Shown here one piece after another: positions 27,250-36,303 of a DNA stretch of 64,000 nt; positions within the stretch are counted from its first letter, which is position 1; each line of letters begins with the position of its first letter. Below the pieces are notes generated by a model. That model saw only the letters and a program-made list of their open reading frames with translations. It ran no database searches and was not told the DNA's origin. Position numbers and translations under genes: made by a program. This DNA comes from Candidatus Eiseniibacteriota bacterium (GTDB lineage: Bacteria; Eisenbacteria; RBG-16-71-46; CAZEPH01): NCBI GenBank assembly GCA_044229145.1, contig JBGATO010000006.1, forward strand, positions 1-64,000, given 5' to 3'.

Positions 27250-28593
27250 CTACATGAGGTACCGCAGGTACACGTAGACGGTGCAGATGGCGATGTTGAG
27301 CACCATCAGCGGGAACGCGACCTTCATGTAGGGCACGAACTTGATCGGGTGCCCTTCGCGCTCCGCGATGCCGGCCACCACCAGGTTGGCGCTGGCGCCG
27401 ATCAGCGTGCCGTTACCACCCAAGCACGCGCCGAGCGACAAGCACCACCACAGCGGCATCAGCTTCTCGGGACCGCCAAAGGTCGACGCCATCGTCTTGA
27501 TGAGCGGGATCATCGCCGCCACGAACGGGATGTTGTCGATGAACGCCGACAACACGGCTGACGCCCACAGGATCGCCATCGCGGTGATGTTGAGGTCACC
27601 GTGGGTGGCGGCGAGGAGCTTCTGCGCCAAGATGCCGAGCAGGCCGGCCTGCTCCACACCGGCGACGACGATGAACAAGCCGAGGAAGAACATGAGGGTG
27701 ACCCACTCGACCTCGGTGAATGCGCGGTGCACCTCGGAGGACTGCTCCTCCGACGGCTTGCCGAGGTTGTCGAGCAGGAGCAACAGCGCGGCGCCGAACA
27801 TCGCGATGGTCGCCGGCTCGAGGTGAATCTTGCGCGCGAAGACGAAGCAGCCGATGACGACCGCGAGCACCGCGAGAGCTTGCTTGAGCAAGCGCGGGTC
27901 CTTGATCGCCTCGTGCTCGGCGAGGTTCATCACCCGCTGCCGGTCTTCCGGCGCCGCGTGGAATTCCTTGCGCCACAGGAAGCGAATCGGCACGAGGGTG
28001 GCAAGGAGCACCACGGCGCACACGGGTGCCAAGTTCACCACGAACTCATTGAAGGTGATACCGACACCCGAGCCGATCATGATGTTCGGCGGATCGCCGA
28101 TCAGCGTCGCCGTGCCGCCGATGTTCGAACTGAAGATCACCGCCACCAGATACGGATACGGCTTCACCCGCAGATCCTGCGTGATCAGCAGCGTCACCGG
28201 CAGCGTCAGTAACACCGTCGTCACATTGTCGAGGAACGCCGAGAACACCGCCGTCACCAGCGACATCATCACCAGCACGCGCCACGGCTCCGCCTTCACC
28301 AGCTTCGCCGCCCAGATCGCCACGTACTGGAACACCCCGGAGCGCCGCGTGATCGCGACGATGATCATCATCCCCGCCAGCAGCCCGATGGTGTTGAAGT
28401 CGATCCCGCGAATCGCCGCTTCTTGCGTCAACACGCCCGCCAGGATCATCACCCCGGCGCCCAGCAACCCGACGATGGCGCGGTTGATCTTGTCGCTCAT
28501 CACCACGATGTAGGTGAGCACGAACAGCGGGGTGGCCACCCATAGGGCGTTCCACCCGAACACGACGTGTGAGGCCGCTGCCTCCGGATTCAT
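27250..28593 (-). CDS. ArsB/NhaD/SLC13 (CitMHS/P-protein-like) ion transporter, copy 1
   Basis: IDFNTIGLLAGMM, SAFLDNVTTVL, SNIGGTATLIGDPPN, DNIPF, GGNGTLIGASAN; stop is 28 nt upstream of korA. Confidence 0.9.
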   Translation of the reverse strand: MNPEAAASHVVFGWNALWVATPLFVLTYIVVMSDKINRAIVGLLGAGVMILAGVLTQEAAIRGIDFNTIGLLAGMMIIVAITRRSGVFQYVAIWAAKLVKAEPWRVLVMMSLVTAVFSAFLDNVTTVLLTLPVTLLITQDLRVKPYPYLVAVIFSSNIGGTATLIGDPPNIMIGSGVGITFNEFVVNLAPVCAVVLLATLVPIRFLWRKEFHAAPEDRQRVMNLAEHEAIKDPRLLKQALAVLAVVIGCFVFARKIHLEPATIAMFGAALLLLLDNLGKPSEEQSSEVHRAFTEVEWVTLMFFLGLFIVVAGVEQAGLLGILAQKLLAATHGDLNITAMAILWASAVLSAFIDNIPFVAAMIPLIKTMASTFGGPEKLMPLWWCLSLGACLGGNGTLIGASANLVVAGIAEREGHPIKFVPYMKVAFPLMVLNIAICTVYVYLRYLM

Positions 28594-28678
28594 TCTCAGG
28601 TTCTCCGTCGCGGACACCGAGTCCGGTCTCTCCGGCCGCGCGCCAGCACGGCAGAGATGTGCGAGGGGTACGCGGCGA

Positions 28679-28714
28679 ATCGTTGTCCCGCATCGTGGGA
28701 CTGTCAATCTGCGA
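28679..28714 (-). promoter_or_regulatory. Putative sigma-70 promoter of transporter copy 1 and the kor-por-rnf operon
   Basis: Minus strand TCGCAGA-TTGACA-N17-AACGAT; the same elements recur upstream of copy 2. Confidence 0.55.
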
Positions 28715-28924
28715 CGGGGGTCTACACCGATGGGCAACTAAAGGCTACGTGTGCATACTCCGCCAGCGACTGCGCGCCGCCAATGCGTTGCGCGCGTTCA
28801 TTCTGGCAGCGACACGCCGGCGCAGCACAGAGCTGACGCCGGCGTGGATCCGACTGGTGAGCGCCGCTCACTTGCTACCATTGGAGAGTGCCGATAGCGC
28901 TCGCCAATGCGTCGCCGGCGCCGT

Positions 28925-30265
28925 CTACAGGTAGCGCAGGTAGATATACGCGGTACAGATCACGATGCTGAGCAGCATCATCGGGAATCCGACTTTCATG
29001 TAGGGCACGAACTTGATCGGGTGCCCTTCCCGCTCCGCGATGCCGGCGACGATGAGGTTTGCACTCGCGCCCACCAGCGTTCCGTTGCCACCCAAGCAGG
29101 CGCCGAGCGAGAGCGCCCACCACAGCGGCATCAAGTGCTCGGCGCCACCGAATGCGGGCGCCATCGACTTGATGAGCGGGATCATCGCCGCCACGAATGG
29201 GATGTTATCGACGAGGGCCGAGAGCACCGCCGATGCCCACAAGATGGCAAGCGTGGTGGCCTTGAGGTCTCCGCCCGTCGCGGCGAGCAGCTTGCGCGCG
29301 AGGATGTCGAGCAAGCCGGCCTGCTCCACACCGGCGACGACGATGAACAAGCCGAGGAAGAACATGAGGGTGACCCACTCGACCTCGGTGAACGCGCGGT
29401 GCACTTCGGAGGACTGCTCCTCCGACGGCTTGCCGAGGTTGTCGAGCAGGAGCAACAGCGCGGCGCCGAACATCGCGATGGTCGCCGGCTCGAGGTGGAT
29501 TTGCCGCGCGAACACGAAGCAGCCGATGACGACCGCCAGCACGCTCAGCGCCTGCTTGAGGAGGCGCGGGTCCTTGATCGCCTCGTGCTCCGCGAGGTTC
29601 ATCACCCGCTGCCGGTCTTCCGGTGCCGCGTGGAATTCCTTGCGCCACAGGAAGCGAATCGGCACGAGGGTGGCAAGGAGCACCACGGCGCACACGGGCG
29701 CCAAGTTGACCACGAACTCATTGAAGCTGATGCCGACGCCCGAGCCGATCATGATGTTCGGCGGATCGCCGATCAGCGTCGCGGTGCCGCCGATGTTCGA
29801 ACTGAAGATCACCGCCACCAAGTACGGGTATGGCTTCACCCGCAGGTCCTGCGTGATCAGCAGCGTCACTGGCAGCGTCAGTAACACCGTCGTCACATTG
29901 TCGAGGAATGCCGAGAACACCGCCGTCACCAGCGCCATCATCACCAGCACGCGCCATGGCTCCGCCTTCACCAGCTTCGCCGCCCAGATCGCCACGTACT
30001 GAAATACGCCGGAGCGCCGCGTGATCGCGACGATGATCATCATCCCGGCCAGCAGCCCGATGGTGTTGAAGTCGATCCCGCGAATCGCCGCTTCTTGCGT
30101 CAACACGCCCGCCAGGATCATCACCCCGGCGCCCAGCAACCCGACGATCGCGCGGTTGACCTTGTCGCTCATCACCACGATGTAGGTGAGCACGAACAGC
30201 GGGGTGGCCACCCACAGGGCGTTCCACCCAAAGACGACGTGTGAGACGGCAGAGTCCGGGTGCAT
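28925..30265 (-). CDS. ArsB/NhaD/SLC13-type ion transporter, copy 2 (tandem paralog)
   Basis: Same motifs; near-identical to 27250-28593 over the N-terminal ~70%. Confidence 0.9.
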   Translation of the reverse strand: MHPDSAVSHVVFGWNALWVATPLFVLTYIVVMSDKVNRAIVGLLGAGVMILAGVLTQEAAIRGIDFNTIGLLAGMMIIVAITRRSGVFQYVAIWAAKLVKAEPWRVLVMMALVTAVFSAFLDNVTTVLLTLPVTLLITQDLRVKPYPYLVAVIFSSNIGGTATLIGDPPNIMIGSGVGISFNEFVVNLAPVCAVVLLATLVPIRFLWRKEFHAAPEDRQRVMNLAEHEAIKDPRLLKQALSVLAVVIGCFVFARQIHLEPATIAMFGAALLLLLDNLGKPSEEQSSEVHRAFTEVEWVTLMFFLGLFIVVAGVEQAGLLDILARKLLAATGGDLKATTLAILWASAVLSALVDNIPFVAAMIPLIKSMAPAFGGAEHLMPLWWALSLGACLGGNGTLVGASANLIVAGIAEREGHPIKFVPYMKVGFPMMLLSIVICTAYIYLRYL

Positions 30266-30347
30266 GCAGGGTCTCCGATCCGGGCGACCAATGGCGCACC
30301 ACCGCGCATTCGCGCGGCACGCGCCGTGAGGGGGCATGACGCAGCGC

Positions 30348-30383
30348 ATGGTTCCGGGCGCGCGCGAGCCTGTCAATCTGCGA
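30348..30383 (-). promoter_or_regulatory. Putative sigma-70 promoter of transporter copy 2
   Basis: Minus strand TCGCAGA-TTGACA-N17-AACCAT; the 14-mer is identical to the one upstream of copy 1. Confidence 0.55.
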
Positions 30384-30571
30384 GCGGTATCGAGCACGTC
30401 GACTTGGCACCGCCCGCGTCCGCGAATCGCTCGCGCGGGTCGACCATGGTAGACGAATCATCGCGTTCACTCGCGTCTCCTACATCATGCGGAGTTGGCT
30501 TCCGTGATCCACGCGAGCGCCCCACCGTTCGTCGACTTCCCCGTCCTTCCTCCCAGACTGGAGAAACCGAC

Positions 30572-32104
30572 ATGCATTGGCGACCCCTACATACCCGGCG
30601 CGTCCTCCTCGCCGTCACCGGGCTCGCGGCGCTCGTGGCGCTGCCGTTCCTGGCGCGTCCGCTCGGCGCGGCGGCCCCGCCGATGGCGCGGCGCGCCCCG
30701 GCGAGCACTCTCGGTGAGTACGTGCTGCTCGGCTGGAATGACCTCGGCATGCACTGCGCGAACAAGATCTTCGCCGATCTCTGCGTGCTGCCGCCGTACA
30801 ACAACGTCTTCGCCCAGCTCATCAAGCGCGGCGATGCGAGTCATGCGCCGCAGCTCATGAATGCGCCCTACTCCGTGAGCTACGGCATCGAGAACAACAC
30901 CTATTCGGTGGGCAAGACGGATTTCTGGACCTACGCGCAGCAGTTGTTCGGCGTCGCGCTACCGCCCGACATCGGGCTCACCGGCAAGGGCATGTCGGGG
31001 ACAATGGACGCGAAGGGCACATACTTCGAAGCCGAAGGCGTGCCGATTACGCCGTACAACGACTCGAGCCTGACGACCTGGTACGCCTACCAGCTCGGCG
31101 CGTTGAGCGCCTACGACTCGCTCGGCCGCTCGCTCGCCAGCACCGAGATCGTGGTGCCGGTGAGCAACGAACTGCGCTGCGATTCGTGCCACGTCGCCAC
31201 CCGCACCTACACTACCGATCAGGTCATCCTGCGCAAGCACGACGCGGAGAACGGCACGCACTTGATGGCGTCGCGCCCGGTGTTGTGCGCGAGTTGCCAC
31301 GCCGACAACGCGCTCGGTCTCCCGGGCAAGCCGGGCCTGCCGAGCCTCTCCGAGGCGATGCACGACAAGCACGGCGACATCGCCCCGAATTGCTACAGCT
31401 GCCACCCCGGCCCGGTTACGCAGTGTTTGCGCGATGTGATGTCGCAACAGCACGGCATGACCTGCCAGGACTGCCACGGCAGCACCAAACACGTCGCCGA
31501 AACGATCAAGAACGGCCGCCAGCCGTGGCTACAGGAGACGCCGCGCTGCGGCACCTGCCACGGCTCGCAGTACGCCGAGATCCCCGGCAAACTGTTCAAG
31601 GAGTCGAACAACGGACACGGCGGGCTCTACTGCTCGGCGTGTCACTCGAGCCCGCACGCCATCCTGCCGTCGCGTGAGGAACGCGACAACCGGCAGAACA
31701 TCGCGCTGCAGGATTCGAGCGGGACGCTGCGTTCGTGCGTGGTGTGTCACGGCACGACGCCGAGCGGCGCCGGCCCGCATGGTATCTACGCGACCGGCGT
31801 GCGCGATCCGCAGCACCGCGGCACGTTCGCGGCGAGCGTGTCGGTGTCACCGAATCCGTCGAGCGGCCGCGTGCAGCTCGCCTACCGCACCGTCGCGCGC
31901 GGTCCGTTGACGCTGGAGATCTGCGATGCGTCCGGCCGCGTGGTGCGGACGATGGCGCGCAGCACCGATCAACCGGGCGATCACACGCTGATGTGGGACG
32001 GCCTCGACGCGCGCAGCCGCACCGTGCCGCCGGGCGTCTACTATTGCCGCCTGAGCAACGGTGGACAGCGTGCCTCGGCGCGCCTCGTGCGCAGCGGCCG
32101 CTGA
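30572..32104 (+). CDS. Exported multiheme (7 CxxCH) cytochrome c with C-terminal FlgD-Ig/T9SS-like domain
   Basis: Signal peptide; GWNDLGMHC...LPPYN N-domain; CDSCH, CASCH, CYSCH, CQDCH, CGTCH, CSACH, CVVCH; tail SPNPS...DASGRVVRT...WDGLD...PGVYYCRL. Confidence 0.88.
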   Translation: MHWRPLHTRRVLLAVTGLAALVALPFLARPLGAAAPPMARRAPASTLGEYVLLGWNDLGMHCANKIFADLCVLPPYNNVFAQLIKRGDASHAPQLMNAPYSVSYGIENNTYSVGKTDFWTYAQQLFGVALPPDIGLTGKGMSGTMDAKGTYFEAEGVPITPYNDSSLTTWYAYQLGALSAYDSLGRSLASTEIVVPVSNELRCDSCHVATRTYTTDQVILRKHDAENGTHLMASRPVLCASCHADNALGLPGKPGLPSLSEAMHDKHGDIAPNCYSCHPGPVTQCLRDVMSQQHGMTCQDCHGSTKHVAETIKNGRQPWLQETPRCGTCHGSQYAEIPGKLFKESNNGHGGLYCSACHSSPHAILPSREERDNRQNIALQDSSGTLRSCVVCHGTTPSGAGPHGIYATGVRDPQHRGTFAASVSVSPNPSSGRVQLAYRTVARGPLTLEICDASGRVVRTMARSTDQPGDHTLMWDGLDARSRTVPPGVYYCRLSNGGQRASARLVRSGR

Positions 32105-32122
32105 TCGTCTCCGCGCAACACG

Positions 32123-32155
32123 AAGGCGGCACGGGCTCCGCGCCCGTGCCGCCTT
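32123..32155. terminator. Hairpin between convergent genes (probable bidirectional terminator)
   Basis: AAGGCGGCACGGGC-tccgc-GCCCGTGCCGCCTT, a perfect 14-bp stem. Confidence 0.7.
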
Positions 32156-32159
32156 GTGC

Positions 32160-34156
32160 GTCTGTCGTCGCGGTCGAGAGTGGGGCTGCGCGCCGCCAAT
32201 CCGATTGTCGGTCGCCAACAGCGCCTTGATGAGCGACTCGCCCGCCACGAGACCCGAGGCGATCGGCACGTTGTAGAGGTCTTGGTTCTTCGCGTTGAAC
32301 CGCGACCACACCCACGAAAACGTCGCACCGACGGTGAAGGCGAGCGCATTGCTGAAGAACACGACCCACCCGAGACCGATGCCCATCGCCGACGGCATGT
32401 ACGGCCGCGCTTTGGGGAATTGCTTCTCGAGCACCGGAAGCGCAACGCCGATCAGTGCGCCAATCAGAATGATGTAGCGCGCCGACATCGGCAGGCTCTC
32501 GAGCCCGTTCGACAGCACGCGCGCTACCGCCACCCACGTGTTGGTGGCCGGCAGCGGGAACTTCTCGAGCGCCGCGTCGTTCGGGATCATCAGATACCAC
32601 GCCGGCACGATGGCGAGCGTCCCGAAGAACACGCCGGTGAACTGCGCGAGGAACTGCTGGCGCGGGTTGGCGCCGAGCAAGTAGCCGGACTTGAGATCGG
32701 TGAGCAGGTCAGCACTCGCCGACGCACTGTTCGCGCCGATACCGGCCGACGCCAAGTTGTGCGTGACGTTGCCCGGGCTGAGGAACGCGAACAACAGCTG
32801 CATGACCTTGCCCATCGCGCCGATCGGCGTGGTGTCGGTCTCTCCGGTGGACCGCGAGCCCACCAACGACAACACGAACGACATGCCGATGGCGATGAGG
32901 CCGGCCCACCACGCGATCTTGAACGCCACTACCTGGATGAACAACATGGCGATGGTGATCGGCACCATGCCGACGATCATCCACTTGACCGGCACTTCGA
33001 TGGCCGCCATGCGCGCGTCGAGATCGCCGCCGGCCGCCGCGCCCGGACCGCGCTTCAACATCGTGAACGAGCGCGCGACCGTCTTCCACTGCAACGCGAG
33101 CGACGTGAGGCTCGAGAACACCATCACCGCCGTGCCGCCCCACAGGCCCCAGCGCACCGCGTGATACGCGGCGCCGCCGCCGACCATCGGAATCGACGGC
33201 ACGTAGCCCGCGACGTTGGCGCTCGCCAAATCGATACTGGCGAGCCACGGCGCCACCACGAAGTGCAACAGCGCCGACGCCACCAGCATCGACAGCGACA
33301 CCCGCAATCCGACGATCATGCCGGCGCCGATCAGCAGCACGCTCGGCTCGAATCCGAGCGCGACGAACGGCTTGCCGTTGAACTGCTTGAAGCCCTCCGC
33401 CGGCACCAAATCCGGCAGGTGCACGTTGAACGCCTTCGCGCGCATCCAGGCGAAGAACTTGCCGAGCGCGACGAACTGGTCCTCGGTGGTGTTGAGCACG
33501 CCGACGATCGCGCCGGCCGCCAGCGCGATCAGCAGCGAGTACGCCTTCTTGAGCGCATCGCCCGAGTGGCTGTAGAGACTGCGCAGCGTGGTGGCCGCCG
33601 CGATACCCGACGGGAACGGCAGATTCTCCTGGTTGATCAACTGGCGCTTCATCGGAATCGCCAGGAAGCACCCCATCGCGGCGGTCGCCAGCGTGAAGGA
33701 GCCGACGATGTACCAGGGTTGGTGCTGGTGATTCGGATCGAGGATCAGCATGGCGCCGAAGCACGTCGCGATCGTCGCGCCGGTCGACGCGCCCGCCGCC
33801 GACGCCGTCGACTGCATGCAGTTGTTCTCGAGGATCGTCATCCGCGACACCCGGCCGCCGGACAACGTGACGAACGCGTTCCACACCACGTACGAGATCA
33901 CGCACGACGTGATCGCCACCCCGAACGACCAGCCCACCTTCAGCGTCGTGTACAGGTTCGACACCGACATCAGCATGCCGAGGATCGCGCCCATGATGAT
34001 CGACCGCGGCGTGAGCTGTTTCATGCGGTCGCCCATGTACACGGTTTCGAACCAATGCCGGTCCTTCTCCTCGGGCGAGGCATCGGGCGGCAAGGGCGTG
34101 AACTCCGGCGGGAGTTCGTCGGTGGTCGCGAGGTGCGGCAACGGAGCGGTCGACAC
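32160..34156 (-). CDS. OPT-family oligopeptide transporter; 3' end anomalous, end coordinate approximate
   Basis: GGAGG RBS + GTG 34156; QLTPRSII.G, LKVGW, LENNCMQSTASA, LPFPSG.AAA, DLKSGYLLGANPR.Q, SGLVAGES. The frame reads through the hairpin to 31847. Confidence 0.85.
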
Positions 34157-34299
34157 GTGGAGGTCCTCCAGGTCGGTAGGCGGTAGCGGGGTACGGCGCG
34201 GGGGAGCGCCACAGAACGAACGCTCCAGAGGGTAGGGAGCGGACCGAGAGGGCGACAATACCACGCAAGAGGACGCCTGGCACCGTGGCCCGCATGCGA

Positions 34300-34343
34300 C
34301 AGGGCGGCGGCGCCGCGGCACGAGGCCGGGCACCACCGCCCTG
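34300..34343 (-). terminator. GC-rich hairpin downstream of the beta-barrel gene
   Basis: Minus strand CAGGGCGGTGGTGCCCGGC-ctcgt-GCCGCGGCGCCGCCGCCCTG pairs using G-U pairs and one bulge; no U tract. Confidence 0.4.
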
Positions 34344-34362
34344 GTCGGTGTGCTGCGGAGAA

Positions 34363-34893
34363 CTACTTCCCGGCGAACCGCACGCCCGCGGTGACCGGCA
34401 CCACGGCGGTGCCATCGCGGTCGAAGAAGCCCGACTCGATGAACACGGACATCTTCTCGCCCGCCTTGAAGCCGATCCCGGCGCCACCGCCGAACGCCGG
34501 CTTCCACTCGTCCTCGCTCATGTACTCCGTGGTGCCCGGCGAGTAGTGGTGGTTGAGCACGCCGAACGTCCCCATGATGTAGGGCTTGGCCTTGCCTTCC
34601 GTCTTGATCGGGTACACCAGGCGGCCGAGGACGCCGTACAGATTGGTGGCGTCGCCCATGGTGCCTTCGTGCGAGTTCTTGCCGTAGACGGCGTCGATCC
34701 GCACTGCCACCGGCCACGACTCACCCTTGATACCGACGCCAGCGAGGCCCTGCCATCCTGTCTTCGCGTAGTCGGCGTAGTCGCCCATCGGCAGCGCGAG
34801 GCCGCCGCCAACGTGGAAGTTCATCGCCGTCGAACCGGCGAATGCCGCGGTCGCCACGAGCAGGGCGGCAGCGGTGAGCATCAATGCACGCAT
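34363..34893 (-). CDS. Small outer-membrane beta-barrel protein (OmpA/OmpW-like)
   Basis: Signal peptide, alternating strands, KPYIMGTFG, FGGGAGIGF, C-terminal VTAGVRF. Confidence 0.75.
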   Translation of the reverse strand: MRALMLTAAALLVATAAFAGSTAMNFHVGGGLALPMGDYADYAKTGWQGLAGVGIKGESWPVAVRIDAVYGKNSHEGTMGDATNLYGVLGRLVYPIKTEGKAKPYIMGTFGVLNHHYSPGTTEYMSEDEWKPAFGGGAGIGFKAGEKMSVFIESGFFDRDGTAVVPVTAGVRFAGK

Positions 34894-34986
34894 TCAGACC
34901 TCCGAGGGTAGAGCGTCACGGGATGTACGGGAGCAGGACGTGGACCCACGCCGCCAGAATAGACAAACCTCGGCCTTTGGGAAGCC

Positions 34987-36294
34987 CTAATTCGCGTCGG
35001 CCGCGGCCCGGATGGCGTCCCACGCGCGGCGGACATCGTCCTCGCCGGTACGCCCGTTGCCGATGGCGAGCCGGATCACCGTGCGGCCGCCGAGCCGCGT
35101 GTGCCCGATGAAGGCCTCCCCGCCGGCGTTGACGCGATCGCAGATGGCCTCGTTGTGCGCATCGTCACCGGCATGGCGGAAGCACACCAGCGAGAACGTG
35201 CGCGGCGCGCAGATGTCCCAGCCAGGTGTGTCGCGGACCCAGGACTCGAACAGCGCGGCGAGCCGCACGTGCTCGCGGATCAGCGCCTGCAGCCCGTCGC
35301 GGCCGAACACGCGCAACACCGCCCACAGCTTCAGCGCGCGGAAGCGGCGGCCGAACGCCGGGCCGTAGTCGGAGAGCGCGTCGGTGACCTCCGGCGTCTT
35401 GAGGTAATCGGCGCTGAGGCTGAACGCCGCCTTGAACGCGTCGGGCCGCGCGGTCCATAGGCACGAGCAATCCATCGGCACCTGCAGCCACTTGTGCGGA
35501 TTGACGACCAGCGAATCGGCGCGCGCGACGCCGGCCGCGGTGTGGCGCATCTCAGGACACACCCACGACGCGCCGGCGTACGCTGCATCGACGTGCAGCC
35601 AGGCCCCGGCCGCGGCGGCGCGATCCGCGAGTTCCGGCACTGGGTCGATGGCGGTGGACGACGTCGTCCCAACGGTGGCGACCACGGCGGCCGCATCGTC
35701 GAGCCGCGCGAGATCGGCGCGCATCGCGAAGGTGGCGGGATCGGCCGGCACCTTGCGCGTCTCCATGCCGAGGATGCGCGCCGCGCGTTCGACCGAGGTG
35801 TGCGCGTGTTCGCTGCACACCACGATGCGGCGGCCGGTGGCCTCGCGCGCGGCGCACAAGGCGGCGAGCGTGCCGGTGGACGCGGTATCCTCGATGTGGC
35901 CGTGCCAGCCGCGCGGGAGATCGAGCAACTGCGCGAGCCAATCGACCACGTGCAGTTCGAGTTCGGTGGAGGCCGGCGCGGCGCGCCACAAGAAGCCGAC
36001 GGAGTTGAGCGTCGCCGCGAGCAGTTCCGCCAGGATGCCAGGCTCCGACGCGCGATTGGCGAAGTACGCGAAGAAGCGCGGGTGCTGCCAATGCGTGATG
36101 CCGGGCATCAGGATCGCGTCGAGGTCGTGCAACACGGCGGCGAAGCTCTCGCCGTGGTCCGGCGGTGCTGGCGGCAGCGCGCGGCGGATATCGCCCGGTT
36201 GCGTGCGGGCGAGCACCGGGCGGTCGCCGACGGTGTCGAGATACTGCGCCGCCCAGTCGACGGCGGCGTGCGCATCGTCGCGGAAACTCGGCAC
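34987..36294 (-). CDS. PLP-dependent group II (aromatic-L-amino-acid-type) decarboxylase
   Basis: PGITHWQHPRFFAYF, SPASTELE-like APASTELE, ATVGTT, HVDAAYAG, NPHKW, GRRFRALKLW. Confidence 0.92.
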   Translation of the reverse strand: MPSFRDDAHAAVDWAAQYLDTVGDRPVLARTQPGDIRRALPPAPPDHGESFAAVLHDLDAILMPGITHWQHPRFFAYFANRASEPGILAELLAATLNSVGFLWRAAPASTELELHVVDWLAQLLDLPRGWHGHIEDTASTGTLAALCAAREATGRRIVVCSEHAHTSVERAARILGMETRKVPADPATFAMRADLARLDDAAAVVATVGTTSSTAIDPVPELADRAAAAGAWLHVDAAYAGASWVCPEMRHTAAGVARADSLVVNPHKWLQVPMDCSCLWTARPDAFKAAFSLSADYLKTPEVTDALSDYGPAFGRRFRALKLWAVLRVFGRDGLQALIREHVRLAALFESWVRDTPGWDICAPRTFSLVCFRHAGDDAHNEAICDRVNAGGEAFIGHTRLGGRTVIRLAIGNGRTGEDDVRRAWDAIRAAADAN

Positions 36295-36303
36295 GTGAAC
36301 CTC

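Noticed and set aside
30404..30420. TTGGCAC upstream of the multiheme cytochrome as a second sigma-54 promoter
   Set aside because: The -12 position reads GT rather than GC at the required GG-N10 spacing.
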